Of a stretch of DNA of 25,844 bases, positions 9,265-18,299 are shown piece by piece. Numbering within the stretch: position 1 is the first letter of the stretch; each line of letters begins with the position of its first letter. The position numbers and the translations under genes are program-made. The DNA is from an uncultured Alphaproteobacteria bacterium. GTDB taxonomy: Bacteria > Bacteroidota > Ignavibacteria > OLB7. Below the pieces are notes generated by a model. It did no database searches. It was not told the DNA's origin and saw only the letters and a program-made list of their open reading frames with translations. The DNA lies in NCBI GenBank assembly GCA_964549365.1, contig CAZJYH010000001.1:1-25844 (forward strand), given 5' to 3'.

Positions 9265-9717
9265 CTACGGCCGGCATGGCGTGGGCGGCGGCACGGCCGT
9301 CGGGACGATGTTGATCGTGCAGGTCAGGTCGTCGAACAGGACGTCGCAGCAACATCCCGGCGCAAGCGTGACGTTCGGCGCGAACCACGCCGGCGGCGGC
9401 GCGATGTTCGGTTGGAAGCCATAGAAGCAGCACCCGTTCCTGATGCCAACAACCGGGGCTCCGGGAGTGACCGCCGCGAAGGCGACGCCGCCGGCCGGCA
9501 CGCCCACACAGGTGACGTTCCCGTTCCCGTTGCCGAGATCGACGATACAGATGTTGATGAAGCACCCTGTCAGGTTGTTCACCGTCAACGGGTTGGCGGC
9601 GCATGGGGCGCCCTGTGCGCGTACGGCGGTGCTCAGGCCAAGGAACGCAACTGCCGACACCATGCAGATCGTACCGACCCGCACGGCGCGTGAGAGAAGT
9701 AGTCGCGTGAAACGCAT
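9265..9717 (-). CDS. Small secreted hydrophobic Cys-rich protein of unknown function
   Basis: AGGAG RBS 8 nt upstream of ATG 9717; signal peptide ending AVRA/Q; 116-aa mature part with 11 Cys; a hairpin follows the stop. Confidence 0.8.
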   Translation of the reverse strand: MRFTRLLLSRAVRVGTICMVSAVAFLGLSTAVRAQGAPCAANPLTVNNLTGCFINICIVDLGNGNGNVTCVGVPAGGVAFAAVTPGAPVVGIRNGCCFYGFQPNIAPPPAWFAPNVTLAPGCCCDVLFDDLTCTINIVPTAVPPPTPCRP

Positions 9718-10125
9718 GAATCCATCTCCTGATATTGGTGGACGTGTGATTGTTGTAGACGGCATGAAGAATCCCTGCGATCATCGCACGGAATGTGTCG
9801 TCGATCGCTCGATTCACCGGCCGCTCCTGGACCATCTCTCCATCCCGCAAGCCCCGACATGAAGGGAACAACGGGAATCCCACGGCAGTAAGAGCATTAT
9901 GGCGGCCATTTGTGGACTTCTCGAATGCAAACCAAATTGAGAGCCGGTCTCCGATGACCTTACCGATGCAGTGGTGACATCGACGCGGCGGCATGTATCG
10001 GTCATCGACATCGCGCGGCGGCAACCGCTCATCGACCGATCGACTGATACCGGACCGTCGCAAGGGCCGCGGTTCCGATGACGGCGATATTATCCGCGCA
10101 GCCGTACGGCACGATCCGTGTCCGC

Positions 10126-10794
10126 TCAGGCGCGCGGCCGATGCCGGAACCGACCGCGCACACGTTGGAACAACGCGACGCGATCGATCGGGACGGCGTA
10201 CAGAAACGCGAGAGCGATATTGAGCAGCATGCTGAGCCAGGCATCGAAGTAGGCGGTGATCACGGCCGGCGTGTACATCACCGGGCCGAAGGAGAACTGC
10301 GCCGGCACCTCACGCGGGCTCGGGCGCTCGGCCTCGGGTTCGCACATCAGGTTGCCCCGGCGCGCGTGGAGCCAGAGCATGTTGAAGCAGAGCGACAGGA
10401 CGACGAAGAGCCCGTTGTAGAGCATCGCGGCCGGACGCTCGTCGGGTCGGCCGATGAACTTCGCGACGATGGCGGTGGGGAACGGCACGATCGACACGCC
10501 GAGCAACAGCAGCCCGTTGATCACCAGCAGCCGCTGATCGCTCCGGCGGATCGTGGTGAACAGCTTGTGATGGTTCATCCAGATCACGCCGATCGTGACG
10601 AAGCTGGCAAGGAAGGCCAGATACGACGGCCAGAGCTTCAGCAGCTCGGCCCCGAGATCTCCGTCGCGAACGTCCGAAGGAAGCCGTAACTCGAGCACGA
10701 GCAGCGTGATGGCGATCGCGAAGACGCCGTCGGAGAAGGCCTCCACGCGCGCGGTCTCGTTGGGGAGTGCCCCCGGTTCTCTCTCCGATCCCAT
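10126..10794 (-). CDS. TMEM175-family (DUF1211) potassium channel
   Basis: RVEAFSDGVFAIAITLLVLE signature, YLAFLASFVTIGVIWMNHH, multiple hydrophobic helices; gagga RBS before MGSE. Confidence 0.9.
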   Translation of the reverse strand: MGSEREPGALPNETARVEAFSDGVFAIAITLLVLELRLPSDVRDGDLGAELLKLWPSYLAFLASFVTIGVIWMNHHKLFTTIRRSDQRLLVINGLLLLGVSIVPFPTAIVAKFIGRPDERPAAMLYNGLFVVLSLCFNMLWLHARRGNLMCEPEAERPSPREVPAQFSFGPVMYTPAVITAYFDAWLSMLLNIALAFLYAVPIDRVALFQRVRGRFRHRPRA

Positions 10795-10885
10795 GAAAAT
10801 CCTCATCCATTGATGAAGCGGTCCGTATCGTCGCCGCCGCGAATATAATGCGGCGCCGAAGGCATCGGGCTTCACGACACATCCA

Positions 10886-11992
10886 ATGCCGACACGCCCC
10901 GATCATGAAGCACCTCGACCGCCCGGCCGCAGCGACGCGGGCGGCACGCGCGATCCCTCCGGCGAACACGCCCGCGTCGAGCGCGCGCGGGCGCTGGTGA
11001 TGCGATATGGCTGGAACGCCACCGCCTATCAGATCATCAACCCCGGCATCGAGCACTGGTTCTCGCGTTCGGGGGATGCGGTGGTGGGATTCGTGCGCCG
11101 GCACGGTGTGCGCGTGGTGGCCGGAGCGCCCGCCTGCGATCGCGAACGCCTGGCGGACGTGGTGGCCGAGTTCGAGCGCGACGCCCGCGCGAACGGGGAC
11201 CGCATCTGCTACTTCGGCGCCGAGGCGCGGCTCGAAGGGCACGTGCACGGCAACGCGGCGTACGCCTCGGTGCTGCTCGGGGCGCAGCCGGTGTGGCATC
11301 CGCTTTCCTGGAGCGGCATCGTCGCGCGCCACTCCTCGGTCCGCGCGCAACTGAACCGCGCGCGCAACAAGGGGGTGTTGGTGCACGAATGGCCTGCGGC
11401 CGTTGCCGCCCACGATCCCAGGCTGCGCGCGGTGCTCGCCGAATGGCTTTCGACGCGCGGCCTGCCGCCGCTCCACTTCCTGGTGGAGCCGCGGGCGCTG
11501 GACCGCCCGTTCGACCGGCGCGCCTTCGTTGCGACGCAGCAGGGTGCGGTGATCGGCTTCCTGGTGGCCTCCCCCATTCCGACCCGCAACGGCTGGCTTG
11601 TGGAGCAGAACGTGCGCGGAACGGCCGCACCGAACGGCACGGCGGAGCTGATGATCGATACCGCCGTGCGCGCCGTTGCCGCCGAGGGGGCGCAGTACAT
11701 CACGCTCGGCCTGGCGCCGCTCTCACGCCGCATGCAGACCGCGTCGCGCGACAACCCGTTGTGGCTGCGCGCGGTGCTCGGCGGCGTGCGCGCGCTCGGA
11801 CGGCGGTTCTACAACTTCGACGGACTCGATGCGTTCAAGTCCAAGTTCCGCCCCGACGACTGGGAGCCGGTGTACGCGATCGCCTCGGCGCGCAGCTTCC
11901 GTCCCGGCATGCTCTACGCCATCGCCGAAGCGTTCGCCGGCGAATCGCCGCCGGCAGCGGTCGCTCGCGGCATCATGCGCGGCCGGCGCTGA
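10886..11992 (+). CDS. Stand-alone DUF2156 / MprF-LPG synthase C-terminal aminoacyl-transferase domain protein
   Basis: FYNFDGLDAFKSKFRPDDWEPVY, RGTAAPNGTAELMI, ITLGLAPLS, VRVVAGAPAC. Start is 10886 or 11000. Confidence 0.8.
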   Translation: MPTRPDHEAPRPPGRSDAGGTRDPSGEHARVERARALVMRYGWNATAYQIINPGIEHWFSRSGDAVVGFVRRHGVRVVAGAPACDRERLADVVAEFERDARANGDRICYFGAEARLEGHVHGNAAYASVLLGAQPVWHPLSWSGIVARHSSVRAQLNRARNKGVLVHEWPAAVAAHDPRLRAVLAEWLSTRGLPPLHFLVEPRALDRPFDRRAFVATQQGAVIGFLVASPIPTRNGWLVEQNVRGTAAPNGTAELMIDTAVRAVAAEGAQYITLGLAPLSRRMQTASRDNPLWLRAVLGGVRALGRRFYNFDGLDAFKSKFRPDDWEPVYAIASARSFRPGMLYAIAEAFAGESPPAAVARGIMRGRR

Positions 11993-12121
11993 GAGCGAAA
12001 GCGCTTCGGACCAGAGTGGGAACGAAGCGGCCGGGCTCATCGCATCGATGAAGCCCGGCCGGGCGCCGCACACCATGCAGGCGCATCGCCGTCGGACAGG
12101 TCCGTGCTCAGGCGGGCTCGC

Positions 12122-13003
12122 TCACGAGAGCCCGTTCAGGATCGCCCCCGCATAGGCCGCGGTGTTCATCGGATTGCCGGAGCAGGTCCTGCTGCTCTCG
12201 CAGGCGAGGATGTCGTCGTACAGCCAGATGAACCCGCCGGCGACCCCGTCGGACTTCCATCCCTTGTACTGCGCCTCCATCTGATCCGGGCACTCACCGC
12301 TCATGCAGCCGCTCCCGTTGCGGCACCAGAGGCCGGGATTGATGAACGCCCCCGGGTTGGAGACGTACGGCCCCACCGACGCAATCCACTGCGGAACCTG
12401 GTACACGTTGATGCTGCCGCCCGCATAACACTGGAGGTTGTAGCCGGTCACGAGCCCCGGATTGCTGCTCTCGAGGGCGCCGAGGCACCCGGCCCAGAAC
12501 TGCATGTCCATGTAGGGGCAGAACGTGATCTGCTTGTAGCCGATGGTTGCAAGCATCTGCGCGAACTGCACCACGGTGTTCTGGTTGTAGTTGTCCTCGT
12601 CGTCGAAGTCGATGCCGTCGATCACCGGGATCGTCGCCAGCAGCGCCGCGAAGTTCTGATACAGCGGGCTGGTCGCGCCGGTGCCGTACTGGTTGATCAA
12701 CGCCTCGATGTTCGTGAAATCCGTCGGCCCGCCGCCGCTGCCGACCGAGAAGAGGATGCGGTTCACCGACGTCGTCCCGGTCTTCAGGCTCGCAAGCTGT
12801 GCCGGCCAGGTCGATGCGCCGACGTACTGACCGTTGCTCACGATCAACACATCGTTGAGCGATAGATCCGCCGTCGTCCCGTTGACATGCACGGACCAGA
12901 CCACCACGGTGGTGAACCCGGACGACTTGAGATCGTCCATCACCGTCTGCCCGCCGCTGTAGAACGGGCCGCCTCCATAGATCGATGCCACTACGTTGCT
13001 CAT
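12122..13003 (-). CDS. Glycoside hydrolase family 18-like (chitinase/ENGase-like) TIM-barrel protein
   Basis: DGIDFDDE (12596-12619) fits the DxxDxDxE catalytic motif; ILFSVGSGG substrate loop; ggggaag RBS; no hydrophobic signal peptide. Confidence 0.75.
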   Translation of the reverse strand: MSNVVASIYGGGPFYSGGQTVMDDLKSSGFTTVVVWSVHVNGTTADLSLNDVLIVSNGQYVGASTWPAQLASLKTGTTSVNRILFSVGSGGGPTDFTNIEALINQYGTGATSPLYQNFAALLATIPVIDGIDFDDEDNYNQNTVVQFAQMLATIGYKQITFCPYMDMQFWAGCLGALESSNPGLVTGYNLQCYAGGSINVYQVPQWIASVGPYVSNPGAFINPGLWCRNGSGCMSGECPDQMEAQYKGWKSDGVAGGFIWLYDDILACESSRTCSGNPMNTAAYAGAILNGLS

Positions 13004-13190
13004 CGCTTCCCCCGAAAAGATTGGATGATATCGAACGCCGAATCACGAATCGGCACGGGAGGATCGGCTGCGACTTCCGAGACGGCTGCATCCGGCGGCG
13101 TTCGTTGGATAGACCGGTCGCAACGTAGCGCACGGCGCCGCGGCCCCGGTACTCAATTATTACTCAACGCGGGAAGCCCCGGAAAACGAG

Positions 13191-13223
13191 ATCCCCCGGC
13201 ATGCGCTCGGCAAGCCGGGGGAT
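13191..13223 (-). terminator. Probable intrinsic terminator of the fatty-acid hydroxylase gene
   Basis: atcccccggc(13191-13200)/gccgggggat(13214-13223) is a 10-bp inverted repeat followed on the minus strand by ctcgtttt. Confidence 0.65.
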
Positions 13224-13282
13224 TGGAATCGATCGAGCGAACGGAGAAGGCGCGTCGCGCAGGCGGCGACAACCTGGGCGCG

Positions 13283-13912
13283 TCAATGCTTCTTCGGTCG
13301 CGACTGTTCGGTGCCGAACACGTAGTCCCACAGCGGCGAGCTCACCCCATAGCCGGTATCCTCATCGCCGTAATGGTGCCGCATATGGTACTGCTTCAGC
13401 TTCAGCCAGATGCCGCGCTTCATCGAGAAGTGATGCGTGGCGTAATGCAGCATGTCGTAGCAGAGATAGCCGAACACCATGCCGGCGAAGATGGCCGGAG
13501 TCAGCCTCGCGCCGAAGACGAGCAGGAAGAGGACGTAGAAGATGATCGCCAGCGGGATGCTGATGCCGGGGGGCATCACCAGCCGCGTCGCATCGTTCGG
13601 GTAATCGTGGTGCACGCCATGAAGGAGGAAATGCAGCCGTTTTCCCCAGTCGGTGCGGGGTTCGTAATGAAACACGAAGCGGTGGAGCATGTACTCCAGA
13701 AACGTCCACGTGATGACACCCACCACGAACAGGCCAAGCACGGAAGCAACGCTCATGTCGTACTCCGCGAACGCCCTGTAGAACATATACGCCATCACCG
13801 GGATATAGATCACCAGCGGCGTCGTCGGGTGCACATGCGAGAAGAACTCCATGAAGTCGCTCTCGAACATGCGCACCGTTTCGTTTTTGTTGGATACGTA
13901 CCGGCGTGCCAT
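13283..13912 (-). CDS. Fatty acid hydroxylase superfamily protein, FA2H/Scs7-like catalytic domain
   Basis: His boxes LHRFVFH, HGVHH, LHYATHH, YHMRHH, plus PNDATRLVMPP and YGVSSPLWDYVFGT. Start at MARRYV. Confidence 0.9.
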   Translation of the reverse strand: MARRYVSNKNETVRMFESDFMEFFSHVHPTTPLVIYIPVMAYMFYRAFAEYDMSVASVLGLFVVGVITWTFLEYMLHRFVFHYEPRTDWGKRLHFLLHGVHHDYPNDATRLVMPPGISIPLAIIFYVLFLLVFGARLTPAIFAGMVFGYLCYDMLHYATHHFSMKRGIWLKLKQYHMRHHYGDEDTGYGVSSPLWDYVFGTEQSRPKKH

Positions 13913-14121
13913 ACCAATCAATCTGAATGGGTCGTTGAACCTCACGGCGCAACACCGTGCATACTTATCGGGGCCGAAGATACGAAAGAAGGGATGAAAG
14001 AGTCGAGATCGGGCCTCAATTCGCGGGTTGTAACAGATTTGCCCGATCCGGGCGCGATCCCCGACGATCCCGGGCCTTTCGGCGGAGCGTCCCGCCGACG
14101 ATCGAACCACCCCGCAGCCCT

Positions 14122-15084
14122 TCACCCGCGCGGATGGTAGGTGCGGTGCACCTCGCGCAGATACTCGCGATCGACGTGCGTGTAGATCTGCGTGGTGGTG
14201 ATGTCCTCGTGGCCGAGCATCTCCTGCACCGCGCGGAGATCGGCACCACCTTCCAGCAGATGCGTCGCGAAGGAGTGGCGGAACGTGTGCGGATGCACCT
14301 CGGCGGTCACGCCGGCGGCGGCGGCATACTTCCGCGTCATCTCCCATATCGCATTCCGACTGAGCGAACCGCCGCGCGAGTTGAGGAAGAGCACGTCGCC
14401 GCCCGGGGCCCCCGGCCTCACGAGCAACGGCCGCGCGGCGCGCCGATACTCCGCAACCCACTCCTGCGCGGCGCCGCCGATCGGCACCAGCCGCTCCTTG
14501 TTCCCCTTGCCGATCACGCGCACCAGATCGTGCTCGAAGAGCAGCTGCGAGATCGCGATCAGCCGTATCTCGGTGACACGCATGCCGGTGGCATACAACA
14601 TCTCCAGCAGCGCGCGATCGCGCAGGGCGTAGTGCGCCTTGCGCGGCGCTGCCGTACCGCTCACCGCGGCGAGGATCGCCTCCACCTGCGCGATCGACAA
14701 CACGTCCGGCAACGCGCGGATCCGCGTCGGCAGCTGCACGTGCTCGGCCTGATCGCTCGCGGCATCCCCCTCCACCATCGCGAACTTGTGCAGCCCGCGC
14801 ACCGAGGAGATCGCCCGCGCGATCGAGGCCGGCGCCAGCCCCGCCCCCGCAAGCTCCGCCACGTGCCGCCGGATGTGTTCGGTGCGCACGGCCGCGATCT
14901 CCGCGATCCCGAACGAGACGAGATGCCCCACATACCGCGCCAGGTCGCGCTCGTACGCATCCCGCGTGTGCTCGCTCGACCCCTTGTCCACGATCAGGAA
15001 CTCGGCGTAGCGATCGAGGAGAGAGGCGAGCGGGCGGGGGATATCGGTTTGAGCGTTCAATGGGACGACGGGTATCCTCGACAT
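14122..15084 (-). CDS. xerD: Site-specific tyrosine recombinase XerD
   Basis: LLEMLYATGMRVTE, GKGNKERLVP, HPHTFRHSFATHLLEGGADLRAVQEMLGH, TTQIYTHV give the full R-K-H-R-H-Y set. An alternative TTG start lies at 15060. Confidence 0.9.
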   Translation of the reverse strand: MSRIPVVPLNAQTDIPRPLASLLDRYAEFLIVDKGSSEHTRDAYERDLARYVGHLVSFGIAEIAAVRTEHIRRHVAELAGAGLAPASIARAISSVRGLHKFAMVEGDAASDQAEHVQLPTRIRALPDVLSIAQVEAILAAVSGTAAPRKAHYALRDRALLEMLYATGMRVTEIRLIAISQLLFEHDLVRVIGKGNKERLVPIGGAAQEWVAEYRRAARPLLVRPGAPGGDVLFLNSRGGSLSRNAIWEMTRKYAAAAGVTAEVHPHTFRHSFATHLLEGGADLRAVQEMLGHEDITTTQIYTHVDREYLREVHRTYHPRG

Positions 15085-15262
15085 TCATCAGCGTGGAAGC
15101 CACGGCATCCGGGCCTTCGCATACGCGGCCGTGTCATGCTCATGACCCCACGACGAGCCGGAACCTGACGCTGGGGCCGGACCGCACGATGAGACGGCCG
15201 GGCCGGGCCGGCGGCCATCGGAGCGCGACGCCGGCGGAACGAGAGACAACGCACGCTCATTG

Positions 15263-15883
15263 CTACCGCGGCGGCGTGCCGGGCGGCATCTCGGCGCGTA
15301 ACATGGCAACCAGCCTCGCGGCCCCGCCGAACAGCATCGGCTTCCATTGGTCGCCGTCACGCTTCACCGCGATCGTATCCGTCCAGGTCTTCGCCGTCCC
15401 CATCTTCATCCCATGAGCGCTGACGATGACACGGGCGGAATCGGACCCTTCGGCCATACAGCGAAGCGGTTTGAACGTCGTGCTCTGTTCATCGTGCATC
15501 GACCCGCGCGTTCGCATCATGAACGTCCCGTACACCTTGGCAAAGAAGGTCTGTGGGTCGATGGCCCGAACATCTTCCATGCTCTCGACTCCCGGACCGA
15601 ACACCTCGCGGGGATCGATGGCCGGTCCCACCCCCGGTCTCGACTCAAACGCCGGAAGGTTCACGTACCGGAACTCCGCAAGCGCATCGGAATGCAGCAT
15701 CGATGCGTATTTCGCGAAGTCACCATCGCGCAACGCTTCTTGCGTCGCAACGACCGCGCGCGCGGCGGCACTGTCTGCAGGGGCCGAGCCGGGTTTGGCG
15801 TTGCCGCCGGAACATGCCGCCATGACAAGGGCTGCATGAAAAACGCCGACCGAGCATAGGATGGGATTCAAACGTTTCCTCAT
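15263..15883 (-). CDS. Hypothetical lipoprotein, possibly NTF2-like fold
   Basis: MRKR + hydrophobic stretch + lipobox VMAAC; pattern ALRDGDFAKYASMLH...VKRDGDQWK resembles NTF2-like/DUF4878-type domains (inference). Confidence 0.7.
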   Translation of the reverse strand: MRKRLNPILCSVGVFHAALVMAACSGGNAKPGSAPADSAAARAVVATQEALRDGDFAKYASMLHSDALAEFRYVNLPAFESRPGVGPAIDPREVFGPGVESMEDVRAIDPQTFFAKVYGTFMMRTRGSMHDEQSTTFKPLRCMAEGSDSARVIVSAHGMKMGTAKTWTDTIAVKRDGDQWKPMLFGGAARLVAMLRAEMPPGTPPR

Positions 15884-15926
15884 TCCGGTGCGATACAGTG
15901 TGGATTCAGTCGGTTCGTCCGCTCCC

Positions 15927-18158
15927 TCACTCATCCTTCCGCCGCGCGCGGCCGACGTCCGCGTCGACGTTGCCGAACGCGTCGTCGATGTAGGGGATCA
16001 TCGGCTCGTCCTTCGCCGGCTTCTGTTTCGGCTCGGGGGCCGCAACGGGGGCCTCCCCCTGCTCCGGCTTGTACTGAATGCGCGGATGGCTCATCCCCAC
16101 CAGGTTCTTCATGAACGCCTTGCGGATCTTCGTCAGATCGGCCAGCGTCAGCTCGCACTGGTCGAGCTGCCCCTCGGAGAAGCGCCGCTTGATCGCGCGG
16201 TCGATCGTCTCGTCGATCGTCTTCGGCGTCGGGTTCGGCAGCGCGCGCGTGGTGGCCTCCACGGCGTCGGCCAGCATCACGATCGCGGTCTCGCGCGAGT
16301 GCGGCAGCGGACCGGGATAGCGATAATCGTTCTCGTCGGCATCCGGGTTGGTCTCGCGCGCCTTGTCCAGGAAGTACTTGATCACGGTGGTGCCGTGATG
16401 CATCGGGATGAAGTCCACGATGCGCTGCGGCAGCCCATACTCGCGGGCCAGCTCGATGCCGGCGGTCACGTGGTTGCGGATGATCTTCGCCGACATCTCC
16501 GGCTTGATCCGGTCGTGCTTGTTGGTCATCTCCATCTGGTTCTCGACGAAGTACTCCGCCTTCGCGATCTTCCCGATGTCGTGATAATACGCCCCCACCT
16601 TCGCCAGCAATCCGTTGGCGCTGATGGCGTTGGCGGCGCTCTCGGCCAGGCGCGCGATGGTGAGCGTATGCTGATAGGTGCCGGGCGCCTTGTCGGCAAG
16701 CGCGCGCAGCAGCGGATGGTTCAGGTTGTCGTACTCCAGCAGCTTCAGATCGGTTGCCACGCCGAAGAACTTCTCCACGAGGAATATGCAGCCGAACGTG
16801 AGCACGGGGGAGAGCGTGGCGTTGATCGCGGCGGAGCCGAGCTTCGCGCCGATCACCGCGATCGAATCGCCCCGCTCCAGCGAGAGCGCGACGATCGCCG
16901 AGGCATACCCGACCATCGAGAAGGTGATCGAGCGGAACAGCTGCGTGCGGCTCTTGATGTCGCGCACGGTGTAGGCCGCGAGCACGCCGCCGGACAGGCA
17001 CGCCAGCGCCACGGCGTAGTCGTTGCCGCGGATGCCCGCCACCATGAAGCACGCCACCACGGTCATGTAGAACGCCGTGCGCGAGTCGAACAGGATCGCC
17101 AGCAACATCGACAGCAGCGGCACCAGGATCAGGTATTCCACCGGCCACGCCACGTGCACGATCACCGAGATGAAGCTCATCAGCGCGATCAGCATCAGCA
17201 CGCCGAAGACGATGCCGAGCTGCAGATTGTCCGAGAAGATCCGCGGGCGGAAGTTGTAGAGGAACAGCACCGCCAGCACCATCAACATCAGCACGTGCCC
17301 GAGGTTGCCGATCAGCCGAAGCCAGGGGTTCTCCACCTCCTCACGCAGCCGACGCGAGCGCTCGAAGCCGGTAAGCTTCAGCCTCGTGGTTTCGTTGATC
17401 CGCTCGCCGGTGGCAACGATCAGCTCGTTCTCGGCCACAACGCCGAGCGACCTGGTCACCTCGGCCTTCGCGTTTTCGCGCGCCTCATCGGTCAGCCGCG
17501 CGCTGAACGCCCACGAAGGCCGCAGGCATGCGCGGAGCAGATCGATCGCGAACGCGGACTCCTCCGGCGCAAGCTGCTTGCCGAGCGCCCCTTCGGCGGC
17601 GTGGATCACATCCAGGCTGTCGTACAGCGAGGCGATGGGGATCACATCCTCATAGGCCTCGCCGTGGCGCGCCGAGATCTTCTCGGTTCTGAGCGACACC
17701 TTCGGCTGATCGATCACGCCCGCGTTGTAGACCGGCACAACGGCGGCGTGCAGCGCTTCGGCGATCACCATCAACCGCTGCGCGCGCTCCTCGTCGGTCG
17801 CGAAGGATCGCACGAACTGCCACGATCGATCCGAAAGGAACGAGGGACGCGTCGGCGCGACGGCGATCACACCGGCGGCCGCCGTGAGCGTGTCGTGTAT
17901 GCGCTGCGCCGTGATGCCGGTGGGGACATAGACGGGGAGTACCCCGGCGACGGCCTTCTTGAGATCCTGTTCGTAGGTGGCGTCGTCCTTGTACAGCGGG
18001 AAGTCGAACGGCGCGCGCACCGTGTCGCCGCTCCAGATCGAACCGGGCTCGTATTCGTACTCCAGCGTGGAGGTGCGCGGAAACATCAGGGCGATCAGCA
18101 CCGCCGCGATCGCCAGCCCGGTGTATCGCACCCATGCCTTCCAACGAAGCGCGCGCAT
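15927..18158 (-). CDS. 7TM-HD membrane phosphohydrolase, PgpH-like c-di-AMP phosphodiesterase family
   Basis: N-terminal TM, large extracytoplasmic domain, 7TM region, then APGTYQHT, GAYYHDIGK, HHGT, MLADAVEA. Strong ggaggagg RBS at 18158; an alternative start lies at 18233. Confidence 0.88.
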   Translation of the reverse strand: MRALRWKAWVRYTGLAIAAVLIALMFPRTSTLEYEYEPGSIWSGDTVRAPFDFPLYKDDATYEQDLKKAVAGVLPVYVPTGITAQRIHDTLTAAAGVIAVAPTRPSFLSDRSWQFVRSFATDEERAQRLMVIAEALHAAVVPVYNAGVIDQPKVSLRTEKISARHGEAYEDVIPIASLYDSLDVIHAAEGALGKQLAPEESAFAIDLLRACLRPSWAFSARLTDEARENAKAEVTRSLGVVAENELIVATGERINETTRLKLTGFERSRRLREEVENPWLRLIGNLGHVLMLMVLAVLFLYNFRPRIFSDNLQLGIVFGVLMLIALMSFISVIVHVAWPVEYLILVPLLSMLLAILFDSRTAFYMTVVACFMVAGIRGNDYAVALACLSGGVLAAYTVRDIKSRTQLFRSITFSMVGYASAIVALSLERGDSIAVIGAKLGSAAINATLSPVLTFGCIFLVEKFFGVATDLKLLEYDNLNHPLLRALADKAPGTYQHTLTIARLAESAANAISANGLLAKVGAYYHDIGKIAKAEYFVENQMEMTNKHDRIKPEMSAKIIRNHVTAGIELAREYGLPQRIVDFIPMHHGTTVIKYFLDKARETNPDADENDYRYPGPLPHSRETAIVMLADAVEATTRALPNPTPKTIDETIDRAIKRRFSEGQLDQCELTLADLTKIRKAFMKNLVGMSHPRIQYKPEQGEAPVAAPEPKQKPAKDEPMIPYIDDAFGNVDADVGRARRKDE

Positions 18159-18299
18159 GCCTCCTCCCCCTTCCTCCTTCCCGTCGAGAGGACGGCGCGC
18201 GGGGAACGATGCTTTTCGCTTATGCTCGGACATCGATACCACCGGTTGTGATGATGACGGCCCCACATCGCGACCGGCCGCCAAGCCCGCACGCGGTAT

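Noticed and set aside
14122-15084. Tyrosine recombinase as a sign of a prophage or integrative element
   Set aside because: The sequence is typical housekeeping XerD among core genes; no att repeats, tRNA or phage genes are visible.
13913-15103. 606-aa ORF suggesting a long N-terminal extension of the fatty-acid hydroxylase over xerD
   Set aside because: The extension is the -1 frame of xerD, where codon first positions are xerD third positions (mostly G/C), so stops are rare. It has no protein-like features, and a promoter-like motif sits just upstream of 13912.
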